Shown: positions 44,255 to 55,562, counted from the stretch's first letter. The stretch is DNA of 64,000 nt from Calditrichia bacterium (GCA_963796965.1 CAWCNS010000009.1:608001-672000); one strand, 5' to 3'. Notes: a model not told the origin generated them from the letters alone. Translations and numbers: made by a program.

Positions 44255-46388
44255 TTACTCCACCAATGTGAGTATCGCCTCCTGCAACGGAGATATCCCA
44301 AGTTCAACCGCACGTTTTCCGGGGCTGGCTGGTCCAATATATATCTTGAATTCACCCGGTTCCAGAATCGACTCGCCATCATGATTAACAAGTAGCAACA
44401 TCTCTGGTGTTATTTTAAAATTGATTTTTTTGCTTTCACCTGACTTAAGGTGAATCCGTTTGAAGTCTTTTAATGCATAAAGAGGCGTTTGGACAGATGC
44501 CTCAAGGTCAGAAATATAAAGTTGAATAACTTCATCAGCATCAACGTTACCACTGTTTTTAACCTGAATCGTCGCGTTAATTTCTCCGGAATTGTTCATT
44601 TTCGCCTTGCTTAGTTCAATTTGGCTGTAGTCGAATGACGTATAGTTCAATCCAAAACCAAAGGGATACATGGGTTCTTTTTCCATATACCTATAGGTAC
44701 GTCCTGGCATGTTATAATCTTCATAGGGTGGTAATTGATTCAAGGACTTTGGAAATGTTATAGGCAAGCGTCCGGAAGGTGAGACATCGCCAAATAAAAC
44801 ATCGGCTACGCCATTACCTCCTTCCTGTCCGGGATACCATACAAATAAGATGGCATCGGCTATTTTCTCAACTTCCCTTAGATCTATTGGGCTTCCACCG
44901 GTAATAACCACGATGATAGGCTTATTATGTTTTGCGCGCATATTTTTTAGAAAATCGATCTGATTTTGAGGCAAATCCATATTTAAACGATCTCCTTTTG
45001 ACGGTGAAGCAATTGATTCCCCCTCCTCACCCTCCAGCAACCCGGAGATTCCCATAAAAGCTATTGTTATATCTGCCTGTGCAGCGGCATCGCTGGTCCA
45101 ATCAGCCTGATTAACATTTTCCCTGTCCAAAAGACAGCCCTGTTCATATTGGACAATTCCACCTGGGTTCACTTTTCCAATAATACCCTCCATCATTGTC
45201 ACCATGTGCTCATTTAGACCATAATAATTACCGAGTAGAACGTTTACAGATGTAGTTGTTGGCCCAACCACAAATAGGTAGTTAATGTCTTTATTTAAGG
45301 GTAGGATATCGTTCTCATTTTTCAGCAAAACTATAGATTTCTGAGCGGCTTCTCGTGCTAAGACCCGATGTTTTTCACAGCCTACCACATCAATAGAAAT
45401 CTTTGAATACAGATTATCTGCCTCAGGATCAAAAAGGCCCAATTTGAACCTGGTCGGTAAAAGGATTGTCAATGAGGAATCTATTGCCTCCTCAGAAATC
45501 AACCCATTTTTTACGGCAGCTGATTAAAAAGGGGTAGGTATTACCACAATCTAGATTTATACCATGTTTTAAGGCCAGAACAGCTGATTCTGCTGGATTT
45601 TTTGTTACTTTATGGTTTTCATGAAAGTCTTGTAAGGCCCAGCAATCGGAAACGACATGCCCTTTAAATCCCCATTTATCCCTTAATATTTCCTGGATTA
45701 GCTCCCTACTTGCACAGCAAACTTCATCATTAGTTCGATTATAGGCACACATAACAGCCTCAACACCGGCATTCACCAGGGCTTTAAAAGCAGGTAAATA
45801 AGTTTCGAACATATCTTTTTTAGTTGATTTGGCATTAAAATGATGCCGATCTCCTTCAGGTCCACTATGAACAGCATAATGTTTTGCACAGGCAGCCACC
45901 TTCAAATATTTGGGATGCTCCCCTTGTAATCCCTTTACAAATTGCACACCCAGGCGTGAAGTTAAAGTGGGATCTTCACCGTAGGTTTCTTGTCCTCTCC
46001 CCCAGCGTGGATCGCGAAATATATTAACATTTGGTGACCAAAAAGTTAATCCGCTATATTGAGCACGATTTCCTTTTTTTATTGCTGCATGATACCTTGC
46101 TCTTGCCTCATCAGAGATCGCAGAAGCTATTCGAATAACCAGATCTTCATCAAAAGTGGCTGCCAACCCAATGGCCTGGGGAAAGACTGTTGCACGACCG
46201 GCACGGGCAACCCCATGAAGACATTCGTTCCACCAGTTGTAGGCAGGGATATCAAGATGAGGAATTGCCGCAGCGTCATGAACCATTTGCGATACTTTTT
46301 CCTCTAAGGTCATGCGGGAAATAAGGTCTTTGACTCTTTCATCAATCGATTTAGTTATATCTTTATAGATGATATCATCATACAACAT
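44255..46388 (-). CDS. GH3 beta-xylosidase/beta-glucosidase with an Fn3-like domain; frameshift near 45520
   Basis: YNWWNECLHGV, WSPNVNIFRDPRWGRGQETYGEDP, KHYAVH, VVSDCWA, LEGEEG, WYPGQEGG, YPFGFGL; no signal peptide. Confidence 0.93.
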
Positions 46389-46588
46389 GAATAAATCCTC
46401 CCAGAATGAGATTACCTTTCCTGTGCTTAGGCCTTAAGTATTTTGCAAGTCTCTAAACTGTAAAACAATGCGAGGTACCACATTGAAGAGTTCATCTAAA
46501 AAGCGCCTTTTTCACTTCTTCATTTGCTAAAGGGCTGAAAGACATCATTTTTTTATCATGTGCTTTATATATGATTACTTTTTATCGG

Positions 46589-47854
46589 CTAGGCTTCAAT
46601 CCTTTTATGTTTTGATATGAAATCCGGATCAATTTCAATGCCCAGCCCGGGACCCGATGGCACCGTCACAACACCATCTTTAATAGTTAAAGAGGATGTC
46701 GAACATGTCAGAGGAATTTTTTTATTGAATCCTTTGAACTCATGATAAGGCCCTGCATTGGGAATGGCAGATACAAAATGCATCATATAAAGATATCCAA
46801 TTCCTGATCCTGATATATGAGGAATACATAGTAAACCCTGGTCATGGGCCATCTTGGCAACTTTCATGGAGCGAATCATTCCACCAAAATAGAACATATC
46901 AGGCTGAACAATTTGCAATGCCCGATTACCGATCAACCAGCGAAAGTTTCTCATGCTGGGTTCTTGCTCACCTCCTGCAATTGGAATAGAGAGTGCTTTA
47001 GAAACAGCTCTTGTCTCCTCATACCAATCAAAGGGAACCGGCTCCTCATAAAAATCAATTTTATTTTCTTCTAGGATTTTCCCAATCCTAATTGCTTCAT
47101 CAACAGTATAAGATCCATTGGAGTCGGCATAAATTATCATATCATCTCCAAAAGTTTTTCGGACTAAGGGGATTAGCTCTTCTGTCCGTCTTGGTGGATC
47201 ATCATAATTATTTCTCATTCGACCGCCAATTTTAAATTTTAACGCTTGTGCCTGGGTCTCTTCTACATTCTTCTTTATTAGCTCAATTGATTCTTCAGCA
47301 CTTTTGCCACGGTAATTATTGGCGCGATATACTTTAATGTTGGGATTTTGAATCATTCCGATCAGTTGACCCAACGACTTTCCGGAAATGTGGCCAAGCA
47401 TATCAAGAATTGCAAATTCAACCGTAGCAACTGGGATCCACAGAGCAAGATTTTGCAATTTATAATTGCTTTTATATAGATATACTTCTTGTAGCAAGAA
47501 TTCTAAATCTCTTGCATCTTTGCCAATAAAGAAAGGTTGTATTCGTATTACCATAATGGGATAAAGAGAGAGCATTTGTGCATTGTTACTGACTGAAATC
47601 CCTTCTGCTCCATCACGTGAGCGAACCTGACAGATAAAATTATTTTTGTAACGCAAAAGTTCTAAACTCTCAATGATTACAGGGGATTTGAAAAGATCCT
47701 TTTTAAGTACGTCTTGCTTGATTGCCTGATCAATATTTCTATATTTATGAGCCTCATTTTTTTCTGATGATTCGTTACATGATACAACTGATATGGAAGC
47801 TAAAGCACTTGCATTAATACTCGTTTTCAAAAAATCTCTGCGATTATAATTCAA
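46589..47854 (-). CDS. Mandelate racemase/muconate lactonizing enzyme family (acid-sugar dehydratase-like) protein with Tat signal
   Basis: TTG start after AAGGAG; NRRDFLK; KFK, DSN, YEEP, GEQ, QPD, PGLG. Confidence 0.88.
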   Translation of the reverse strand: MNYNRRDFLKTSINASALASISVVSCNESSEKNEAHKYRNIDQAIKQDVLKKDLFKSPVIIESLELLRYKNNFICQVRSRDGAEGISVSNNAQMLSLYPIMVIRIQPFFIGKDARDLEFLLQEVYLYKSNYKLQNLALWIPVATVEFAILDMLGHISGKSLGQLIGMIQNPNIKVYRANNYRGKSAEESIELIKKNVEETQAQALKFKIGGRMRNNYDDPPRRTEELIPLVRKTFGDDMIIYADSNGSYTVDEAIRIGKILEENKIDFYEEPVPFDWYEETRAVSKALSIPIAGGEQEPSMRNFRWLIGNRALQIVQPDMFYFGGMIRSMKVAKMAHDQGLLCIPHISGSGIGYLYMMHFVSAIPNAGPYHEFKGFNKKIPLTCSTSSLTIKDGVVTVPSGPGLGIEIDPDFISKHKRIEA

Positions 47855-47971
47855 AACGATTCTCCTTCCATTCAAAGATAATTTCCCTGACGGTCTTTAT
47901 ATTAAACATCGTCCTCTCTTTGTTTCCTCAGAATTCTTAGTGAAAGAGGACCATTTATTATTTTGAAAGGG

Positions 47972-48955
47972 TTACCACAGATAATGCACATCCGGTCGGA
48001 TATCCTTATTATATATTTCTCTTACCTGATCCATCTTTATCATCGATAAGTGTGGTTTTTCACTTACAGAAAAATTCTTGTTTGCTTGAAAGATCGTTTT
48101 GGCACCCGGTATTGCACACGTAATCTCATCAAACATGAGGATCCAGCGCAGGGCAAATTGAACCATGTCCATATCTTCGGGACAAATTTCTTTCAGTTTC
48201 TCAACGGTGGCCAAGCCCTTTACAAAATCAATCCCTGAAAAAGTCTCGCCACGATCGAAGGACTCTCCTTGTCGGTTAAAAGCACGATGATCGTCTACCT
48301 CAAACTCTGAGTTCGGTGTCAGTTTTCCAGTTAGCAATCCGGAAGCCAGAGGTACTCTTGCCAGGATCCCAACCCCTCGCCGTTTTGCTTCTTTGAAAAA
48401 CAATTCCGAGGGTCGCTGCCGGAACATATTAAAGATAATTTGTATTGTTTGTACATTGGGATATTCAATCGCTTTTAGCGCTTCTTCTACTCTCTCAACA
48501 CTCACACCATAATGTCGGATTTTTCCCTCCTTGATCATGTCGTCTAAAATACCAAATACTTCCGGGCTGTAATAGACGTCCATGGGTGGGCAATGAAGTT
48601 GCAGGAGATCGATGGCCTCCAGATTTAGATTTTTTAAACTTCGATCAACAAAGGCATTAAGATTTTTTCGATTATAGCCATTCGCGGTGTGGGGTGACAG
48701 ACGGCGGCCAGCTTTGGTAGCTACGTATATTCTTTTATTACTTTCCCTGACCACCTGAGCGATAAGTTTTTCGCTACGACCATCTCCATATACATCTGCA
48801 GTATCGATGAAATTTACACCCAGCTCTATGGCACGCCGCAATGCTGATAACGAGTCAGCATCATGAACGGTGCCCCAGCTGCCACCAATTGCCCAGGCGC
48901 CAAAACTAATTTCTGATACCTGCCACCCTGTTCTTCCCAATTCACGGTATTGCAT
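47972..48955 (-). CDS. Aldo/keto reductase
   Basis: LGRTGWQVSEISFGAW, DTADVYG, ATK, DLLQLH, GKIRHYGVS, IPGAK. Confidence 0.93.
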   Translation of the reverse strand: MQYRELGRTGWQVSEISFGAWAIGGSWGTVHDADSLSALRRAIELGVNFIDTADVYGDGRSEKLIAQVVRESNKRIYVATKAGRRLSPHTANGYNRKNLNAFVDRSLKNLNLEAIDLLQLHCPPMDVYYSPEVFGILDDMIKEGKIRHYGVSVERVEEALKAIEYPNVQTIQIIFNMFRQRPSELFFKEAKRRGVGILARVPLASGLLTGKLTPNSEFEVDDHRAFNRQGESFDRGETFSGIDFVKGLATVEKLKEICPEDMDMVQFALRWILMFDEITCAIPGAKTIFQANKNFSVSEKPHLSMIKMDQVREIYNKDIRPDVHYLW

Positions 48956-49141
48956 TATAAATATATCCTTAATTTTTTTAAGCGTAAACGATTTGTTTTT
49001 TCAAGTATGATTAATTTGAATAGTCACATTATTCCAGAAGCAATAGATCAATTTGCCTAAAATTGTAATAATTTTTATTATAAGTATCAAATAGCTAATT
49101 TTAGATAAAACTGATACTTAATAATAATTCTGGAGAGATAA

Positions 49142-49441
49142 TTGATACGTCACACAGTTGTATTTAAACTCAAACATGCCATAGGATCTCCTGCCGAATT
49201 AAATTTTCTTCAAACAGGAAAGCAACTGGCAGATATTCCAACAGTCAGGAACTTTGAATGCCTTCGGCAGATTAGTAAAAAAAATGATTTTACTTATGGG
49301 TTCTCTATGGAATTCGATTCCGATGACGATTACCAAAACTACAATGAACATCCTTTTCACTTGGAATTTGTTGAAACACGATGGATTCCTGAAGTGGAAG
49401 ATTTTATGGAGATTGATTATGAACCCTACACTGCTGATTAA
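49142..49441 (+). CDS. Dabb family (stress-responsive A/B barrel) protein
   Basis: IRHTVVFKLK..FSMEF..YNEHPFH..DY. Confidence 0.85.
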   Translation: MIRHTVVFKLKHAIGSPAELNFLQTGKQLADIPTVRNFECLRQISKKNDFTYGFSMEFDSDDDYQNYNEHPFHLEFVETRWIPEVEDFMEIDYEPYTAD

Positions 49442-49444
49442 TAA

Positions 49445-50566
49445 CTACCACCCATGAACCCTTGGCCAGATTTCTGAAACAACTTGAGAGTCATTAACAA
49501 CATGATACCTATCAAACATCGTTGCCGTAGCACAGGAATGGTTCGGTAAAATTCTGACCATACTTCCAATGGAGAATTGCTCCCAATTAATATCTAAACC
49601 ATCACGATGGATAATAATACCATGTTCCTGACTGGTGGCAGACACAATATAATCACCTATTGGGTGACCATTCACATCGCATACGAGACCATAACCTTGA
49701 TCCGAGGTCCCCAGGTCACGGGAAAGTGCCGTCCAGCCAGAATCAATAATTACCCAACCCTTATTTTTTTGGTGGCCAATAACTGAAGCCAAAACAGATA
49801 CAGCAATATCTTCTAGGGTACAAACTTCTAAACCGGCCATGACCAGGTCCATAAACATGTAAACACCAGCACGTACTTCAGTGATTCCCTGAAATTCTTC
49901 AGCAAATAGTGCCGTCGGTGTGGAACCGATACTAACTAACGGACAGGGTAAATTACTTTGCTTAAATCGTTCCGCACATATAAGAGCACTATCACGTTCC
50001 ATTGCTGCGACAGCTTTTATTTCTTCCGTATTTTTGCAGTGATAGGAAGTACCAGCATGTGTTAGAACGCCCTTTAGATTAATATTTATTGCCTGATTCA
50101 ACATCCGGGCAAGATCGACGAGTAGTTTATCATTCGGTTTAATCCCTGACCTTTGTCCATCACAATCAACTTCGATACACACAGGAATCTGAATATTGTG
50201 TTCGCCAGCCTTTTTTGAAACTGCCTCGGCTTGTTCGAATGAATCGAGGATAATGGTAAATTCACATCCTTTATTTATCAGATTTACTACTCTCTCAAGT
50301 TTAATAGGAGCAATACCAACCGCATATATGATATCTTTTATTCCATGGCTAAAATAATATTCGGCTTCCTTAAGGGTTGATACGGTAATTCCTTGCGATA
50401 CATCAGTTAAACACATCTTTATCACATCAATATTTTTGGCAGTTTTTCCATGGGGACGTAGTTGAACGCCCATTTTCTGAATTCGATCATTAAACTTTTT
50501 AATATTATGATTAAGCTTTTTCTTATCCAGGATCAGGCAAGGTGTTTCTAATTCAGTGAGATTCAT
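49445..50566 (-). CDS. DSD1 / D-threonine aldolase family PLP enzyme (fold type III)
   Basis: LETPCLILD, RPHGKT (PLP lysine), THAG, SIGSTPT, EVRAGVY, SQEHG, PNHSC (zinc His/Cys). Confidence 0.9.
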   Translation of the reverse strand: MNLTELETPCLILDKKKLNHNIKKFNDRIQKMGVQLRPHGKTAKNIDVIKMCLTDVSQGITVSTLKEAEYYFSHGIKDIIYAVGIAPIKLERVVNLINKGCEFTIILDSFEQAEAVSKKAGEHNIQIPVCIEVDCDGQRSGIKPNDKLLVDLARMLNQAININLKGVLTHAGTSYHCKNTEEIKAVAAMERDSALICAERFKQSNLPCPLVSIGSTPTALFAEEFQGITEVRAGVYMFMDLVMAGLEVCTLEDIAVSVLASVIGHQKNKGWVIIDSGWTALSRDLGTSDQGYGLVCDVNGHPIGDYIVSATSQEHGIIIHRDGLDINWEQFSIGSMVRILPNHSCATATMFDRYHVVNDSQVVSEIWPRVHGW

Positions 50567-50811
50567 TTTATTTCCATATATTTTTTAACATAGAAAATCC
50601 AGAGCAATTAAGAATTAAAAATTACAGACAAATGAAATATTTTAATACCCATTTTCTCTCGTTCAAATTCATAATTCTAAATTCTCAATTTTTGTGTACT
50701 TTTTTGACTTCTTTACGAACTTTGTGTTCAAAATCAGATATACGATTAAGTAGATTATTAGAAAAAAGATAAAATACTTACACCAAAATCAAAAATCTGA
50801 AACACTCTTTT

Positions 50812-51192
50812 TTAACTATTTACTGCTGATATGGCATCAACCTCAATCTGAAATCCATAATGAAGATCTCTTGTTGGAATAATTGCCCGGGCAGGGTGAT
50901 GTTTGCCAAAAAATTTGGCATAGGTCGTATTAACCCGGTCCCATAGAGCGATATCCGAAATATAAACCGTCACTTTTAAAACCTGCTCGATACCACTGTT
51001 TGCTGCCTTGAGAATGGCCGCGATATTTTTTAATACCTGCTCCGTTTGCTCTTCAATCGGACCAACTTTTTTTTCTCCACTCTTCGGATCAATAGGGACC
51101 TGTCCGGAAACATAAACAATACCATCATGTTCAATAGCCTGGCTATAATGACCCGCTGGTTGCGGTGCATTTGCTGTTAATATTTTTTTCAT
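50812..51192 (-). CDS. RidA/YjgF family reactive imine deaminase
   Basis: APQPAGHYSQA, VYVSGQ, KVTVY, PARA (catalytic Arg), EVDAI. Confidence 0.92.
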   Translation of the reverse strand: MKKILTANAPQPAGHYSQAIEHDGIVYVSGQVPIDPKSGEKKVGPIEEQTEQVLKNIAAILKAANSGIEQVLKVTVYISDIALWDRVNTTYAKFFGKHHPARAIIPTRDLHYGFQIEVDAISAVNS

Positions 51193-51288
51193 TTTAATCC
51201 TTCTGTTTTCTTGGACTACACAGATTCTAGTTTTCTATATGAATACGGTTAGAAATTGGAACTAACAATCAGATTAAATTATTTTTTA

Positions 51289-52425
51289 TCACGGCTTACT
51301 GATTACTGGAAACTTTATAACCTCATTGTTACTTTGTGATTTATAAATTGCCGTGAACAGTTCAACCGTCTGTCTGCCCTGAACAGCCGGAACCATCGGC
51401 TCACATTCTTCTATAATGGCTTTAAGAAAATCCTCCAATTGTAATTTGTGGTAATAATTCACGGCATTTACTGACTTAAAGAAATCGTCATCCTCTTTTT
51501 GCCATTTTTCCAATAATTCTGCTTCTCCGGGAATTGTCCATATATCATTAATCGGCGCTTCTTCAATATCGGACATGCCGGCAATAAACATGGCCCCACC
51601 ATCCGTTTGAACACTGACTGTTGCCCCATTACTGCCAAAAACGGTTACTTTACCATATAAAGCCGGATTTTGAGAATTGCTGACAATGATATTTCCTAAG
51701 GCACCATTCTTAAACTTTATTATCGCCAGGGCAGTATCATCAACTTCAATATAGGGATGATTCAAATTTCCCCAACGACCATACAATTCATCAATTTCAC
51801 CCATATACCACAAGAGCAAATCCAACTGATGGGGAGCCTGGTTGACCAATACACCGCCCCCTTCACCATCCCAGGTTCCCCGCCAGGGATCGCTATCATA
51901 ATAAGACTGATCCCGCCAGCCATACATGGTCACCATCCCTAGAACAGATTGACCTATTTTTCCCTGATCAATTGCTTTTTTTAACCTTAATGAAGGATGA
52001 TATAAACGCCGTTGACTGATCATCGCCAATTGTCGGTTAGCATCACTTGCTGCCGCCATCATAGCATCACAATCCTCAAGGTTGGAGGCTAAGGGTTTTT
52101 CAACAATCACATGGGCGCCGGCTTGTAAGGCAGGAATTGCCGAGTCCGCGTGGTTTGGATGGGGGGTACAAATGACAACAGCATCAATTTTTTCTTCTGA
52201 TACCATTTTCTCAACATTTGTATGGGCCACTACGCCATATTCTGATGCAAATTGATGACCTTTTGCCTCAGAACGACTGCAGACCGCTGTGAATTCTGAT
52301 TCAGCAATATTTTCAAGTGCTCTCGCATGAATATGAGCGACTTTTCCACAACCAATGATAGCCGTTTTGAGTTTAGTACTATCCATTCTTTTCCCCATCA
52401 GGATTTCTTTGGGCGTTTTCTTCAT
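51289..52425 (-). CDS. Gfo/Idh/MocA family oxidoreductase (cytoplasmic)
   Basis: IIGCGKVA, HVIVEKP, WRGTWDGEGGGVLVNQAPHQLD. Confidence 0.92.
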   Translation of the reverse strand: MKKTPKEILMGKRMDSTKLKTAIIGCGKVAHIHARALENIAESEFTAVCSRSEAKGHQFASEYGVVAHTNVEKMVSEEKIDAVVICTPHPNHADSAIPALQAGAHVIVEKPLASNLEDCDAMMAAASDANRQLAMISQRRLYHPSLRLKKAIDQGKIGQSVLGMVTMYGWRDQSYYDSDPWRGTWDGEGGGVLVNQAPHQLDLLLWYMGEIDELYGRWGNLNHPYIEVDDTALAIIKFKNGALGNIIVSNSQNPALYGKVTVFGSNGATVSVQTDGGAMFIAGMSDIEEAPINDIWTIPGEAELLEKWQKEDDDFFKSVNAVNYYHKLQLEDFLKAIIEECEPMVPAVQGRQTVELFTAIYKSQSNNEVIKFPVISKP

Positions 52426-52519
52426 GGTTAAGAGAATTAAGACCTATCTCAGAGGTACTACAATTTATATATATTTCAGATCTATATGATTATTAAAAAG
52501 TAATAAATTTTAGGTAGCA

Positions 52520-52575
52520 GTCATTCTGAACTTGTTTCAGAATCTATTAAGCAGGATCTGAACTAAATTTTCATG
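52520..52575. repeat. GTCAT-type palindromic element, copy 3 (second hairpin degenerate)
   Basis: GTCATTCTGAACTTGTTTCAGAATCT at 52520-52545. Confidence 0.7.
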
Positions 52576-52628
52576 CAGCGTTCATTGGAAAGGGGATCTT
52601 GGATCGTGGCTTTATTGTTCGCCTTTTA

Positions 52629-53660
52629 TCACGGATTCAGAACCACCTTTATTAGCCCGGGTTCTTTTTTTTTCAATCGCTTAAACCACCCGGCACCTTC
52701 CGACAAGGGTGCTGTCATACTTAACAACACATCAACATTAACCAACCCTTTACTAATTAAATCAAGTACCTCCGGATACTCACCACAGATGGCATAGCTG
52801 CCTTGCAAACGTAACTGCCTTGTTACAACATCCTGAAGTGATAGGGTAATTTCCGGTGTAATATTCCCTATCAATGTTAGGATCCCACCTTTTCGTACAC
52901 ACTTCATACCCAGTTTAATTGTTTCGTTTATTCCGACTGCCTCGATTGCCGTATCAACACCACGGTTCCCCGTAATGTCAAAGATCTCTTTTCCTATATC
53001 AATTTGTTTGGGATTGAATACCCTCTTCCCCCCTAATTGTAAAGCCATGTTGAGACGAATTGGATCGACATCGGCTACAATTATATTCGAACATCCCTTA
53101 GATTTGAGCATCTGCACCACAAACAAACCGATCATTCCTGCTCCAATAACCAGGACGCGATCTCGTTCATTAAGCGGTGTTAATCGCACAGCATGTAGGG
53201 CTACGGCAGCCGGCTCGACCATTGCGGCCTGATTAAAGGACACATTATCGGGTATGCGATAAAGAATATGCTGAGGAATGACTACCAACTCGGCAAAAGC
53301 GCCTTCTCTGCGAAATTCATCACATGAGACACCCAAAACCTGGCGGTTATCACTAAGATTGTACATACCATTTTTTGTAAACCAGTCATTCTGAGGATAA
53401 ACCGTCGAATCAAACGTAACCCGATCCCCTCTTTTCCAATTTTTTACTTCCGACCCTATTTGCAGAATTTCCCCTGCAGCTTCATGCCCCATAATTAATG
53501 GCGGGATCCTTCTCCCTGTACTCCCGTCCAACCCATGAACATCGCTTCCACAAATGCCACATGACTTTACACGAATAAGAACTTCATCCTGATTTGGCCG
53601 TGGATCAGGAACATTCCTATAAACCAGATGATTATATTTTTCTAAAACCAGCGCTTTCAT
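52629..53660 (-). CDS. Zinc-dependent (MDR) sugar-alcohol dehydrogenase
   Basis: CGICGSD, GHE, GAFAE, GAGMIG; the structural-zinc cysteine cluster is absent. Confidence 0.9.
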   Translation of the reverse strand: MKALVLEKYNHLVYRNVPDPRPNQDEVLIRVKSCGICGSDVHGLDGSTGRRIPPLIMGHEAAGEILQIGSEVKNWKRGDRVTFDSTVYPQNDWFTKNGMYNLSDNRQVLGVSCDEFRREGAFAELVVIPQHILYRIPDNVSFNQAAMVEPAAVALHAVRLTPLNERDRVLVIGAGMIGLFVVQMLKSKGCSNIIVADVDPIRLNMALQLGGKRVFNPKQIDIGKEIFDITGNRGVDTAIEAVGINETIKLGMKCVRKGGILTLIGNITPEITLSLQDVVTRQLRLQGSYAICGEYPEVLDLISKGLVNVDVLLSMTAPLSEGAGWFKRLKKKEPGLIKVVLNP

Positions 53661-53813
53661 TAAATATCCATTTAATTCTTTTTTTCTCTGCTGTAGAATG
53701 TTTTAAACCATTAAGATCACAAAGTAGATATAGAGAACACAAAGAAAAAATACTATAAAACAACTTTGTGATCTTTGTGGTAATAAAAAAATCTCATTTC
53801 TCATAATTTCTGC

Positions 53814-55415
53814 TTATAGACGCAGGTGAATATCAGAAATTTTTACACCGCATTCCTCCGCCCACCTCATCCAATCTGAGTGCAATTCACGGGCTTTTTC
53901 AGGATTCTCATCAATCAAATTTTCTAATTCCGTGCGATCATTGGAAAGATTATATAGTTCCCAGGGTTCGTTACGTGCGCCCACTAATTTCCAATCACCT
54001 TTTCTGATCCCGACGCTCCCGATATGTTCCCAAAATAATATATCATGCTTTTTTCTTGTTTTTCCCTCAAAAATCGGAAATAATGATTTACCAGTTGCAG
54101 AGATAATCTGATTATTATTATAAGCAGTAGGATATTGGGTACCGGAGACATCACATAAAGTGGCCATAATATCAATGATATGGCCGGGCTGATGGCTGAT
54201 AGTACCTTTGTCCTTTATTACCCTTGGCCAGGAAGCGATCATCGGTGTCGTAGTACCCCCTTCATGGGTATACTGTTTGTATTTACGGAAGGGTGTATTG
54301 CCGGCATTGGCCCAAGCCAAACCATAATTATGAAAACCATCCTTGCCTCCCGGAGGCACTCCATTGCCCCAGAAATCCATCCCAAAAACTCCGCCTTCTG
54401 CACAGGCCCCATTATCAGAGAGAAACATAATCAATGTATTATCTAATTCATCCATTTGTTTTAGTTTCGCCAGTACTTTTCCTACACCCCGGTCCATGGA
54501 TTCCATCTGCGCCGCATAGACAGCCATTTTAAGATCCATTTCATCTTTTTTCTCGTTGCTTAATGACTCCCAGGCAGGTGCAATGGGATCTCGGGGAGAT
54601 AAGTCAGGCAGGTTATCACCAAATAATCTTAGTTCTTTCTGTTTTTTGTAACGACGTTCGCGAAGTTCATCCCAGCCAATCATATATTTTCCACGATACC
54701 TGGCAATATCCTCCGGCCAGGCATGCAGGGGCCAATGGGGTGCCGTATAGGCTAAATAGAAAAAGAACGGTTGTGACTTCTTAACCCTATTCTCGAGCAT
54801 TCTAACAGCCTCATCCGTGATAGCATCAGTTATATACCAACCCTCTGTGGGAGGCATATACTTTTTATTACCTTTGGCAAAATGTCGAATCACTCCCGGT
54901 TTTTTTGTTTTGCGTATATCAAAATAATTTGCTCCACCACTTATCAACCCGTAATAGTCATCAAACCCACGGTCCATGGGCCATTGTGGATGCTCTTCGC
55001 CCACATGCCATTTTCCAGACATCAGGGTCGTGTACCCGGCAGTTTTCAAAACTTCGGCGAGGGTAACACACTTATTATTCAAAAATCCCTGGTAGGGCCC
55101 AGGTTCCACATTAGCAATATCATGTTTTATCATCGCCCCCATACCGGCTTGATGGGCATATAAACCTGTTAAGAGAGAGGCGCGGGTCGGACAGCAACGA
55201 GCCCCGTTGTAAAAATTTGTGAATCGCAGACCATTCTGGGCAAGTTTATCAATATTAGGTGTGCTAATTTCACTACCATAGCAGCCCAAATCGGAAAAAC
55301 CCATATCATCGACAAGGATGATGACAATATTGGGTTGCTCTGCTTCTGATGAAGTACATCCAAAACAAACCAATGCAATAAGTAACACCGCAATAATTGT
55401 TTTTCTGATATTCAT
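53814..55415 (-). CDS. Arylsulfatase (Cys-type), probable lipoprotein
   Basis: PNIVIILVDDMG, CCPTRASLLTG, GKWH, APHWPLHA, SDNG, NTPFR; likely start MNIRK at 55415. Confidence 0.92.
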   Translation of the reverse strand: MNIRKTIIAVLLIALVCFGCTSSEAEQPNIVIILVDDMGFSDLGCYGSEISTPNIDKLAQNGLRFTNFYNGARCCPTRASLLTGLYAHQAGMGAMIKHDIANVEPGPYQGFLNNKCVTLAEVLKTAGYTTLMSGKWHVGEEHPQWPMDRGFDDYYGLISGGANYFDIRKTKKPGVIRHFAKGNKKYMPPTEGWYITDAITDEAVRMLENRVKKSQPFFFYLAYTAPHWPLHAWPEDIARYRGKYMIGWDELRERRYKKQKELRLFGDNLPDLSPRDPIAPAWESLSNEKKDEMDLKMAVYAAQMESMDRGVGKVLAKLKQMDELDNTLIMFLSDNGACAEGGVFGMDFWGNGVPPGGKDGFHNYGLAWANAGNTPFRKYKQYTHEGGTTTPMIASWPRVIKDKGTISHQPGHIIDIMATLCDVSGTQYPTAYNNNQIISATGKSLFPIFEGKTRKKHDILFWEHIGSVGIRKGDWKLVGARNEPWELYNLSNDRTELENLIDENPEKARELHSDWMRWAEECGVKISDIHLRL

Positions 55416-55440
55416 ATCTGCACCCGTTATATCCTTATTC

Positions 55441-55530
55441 ACCGCAAAGGACACAAAGAACACAAAGAACACAAAATATTTTAATAATATTTTGTGTTCT
55501 TTGTGTATTCTTTGTGTCCTTAGTGTTTAA
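55441..55530. repeat. Long inverted repeat built from ACACAAAGA 9-mers
   Basis: GGACACAAAGAACACAAAGAACACAAAATATT-TTAAT-AATATTTTGTGTTCTTTGTGTATTCTTTGTGTCC. Confidence 0.85.
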
Positions 55531-55562
55531 AAAGTCCTGGTCTTTTAAATAATTCTTTCTAT

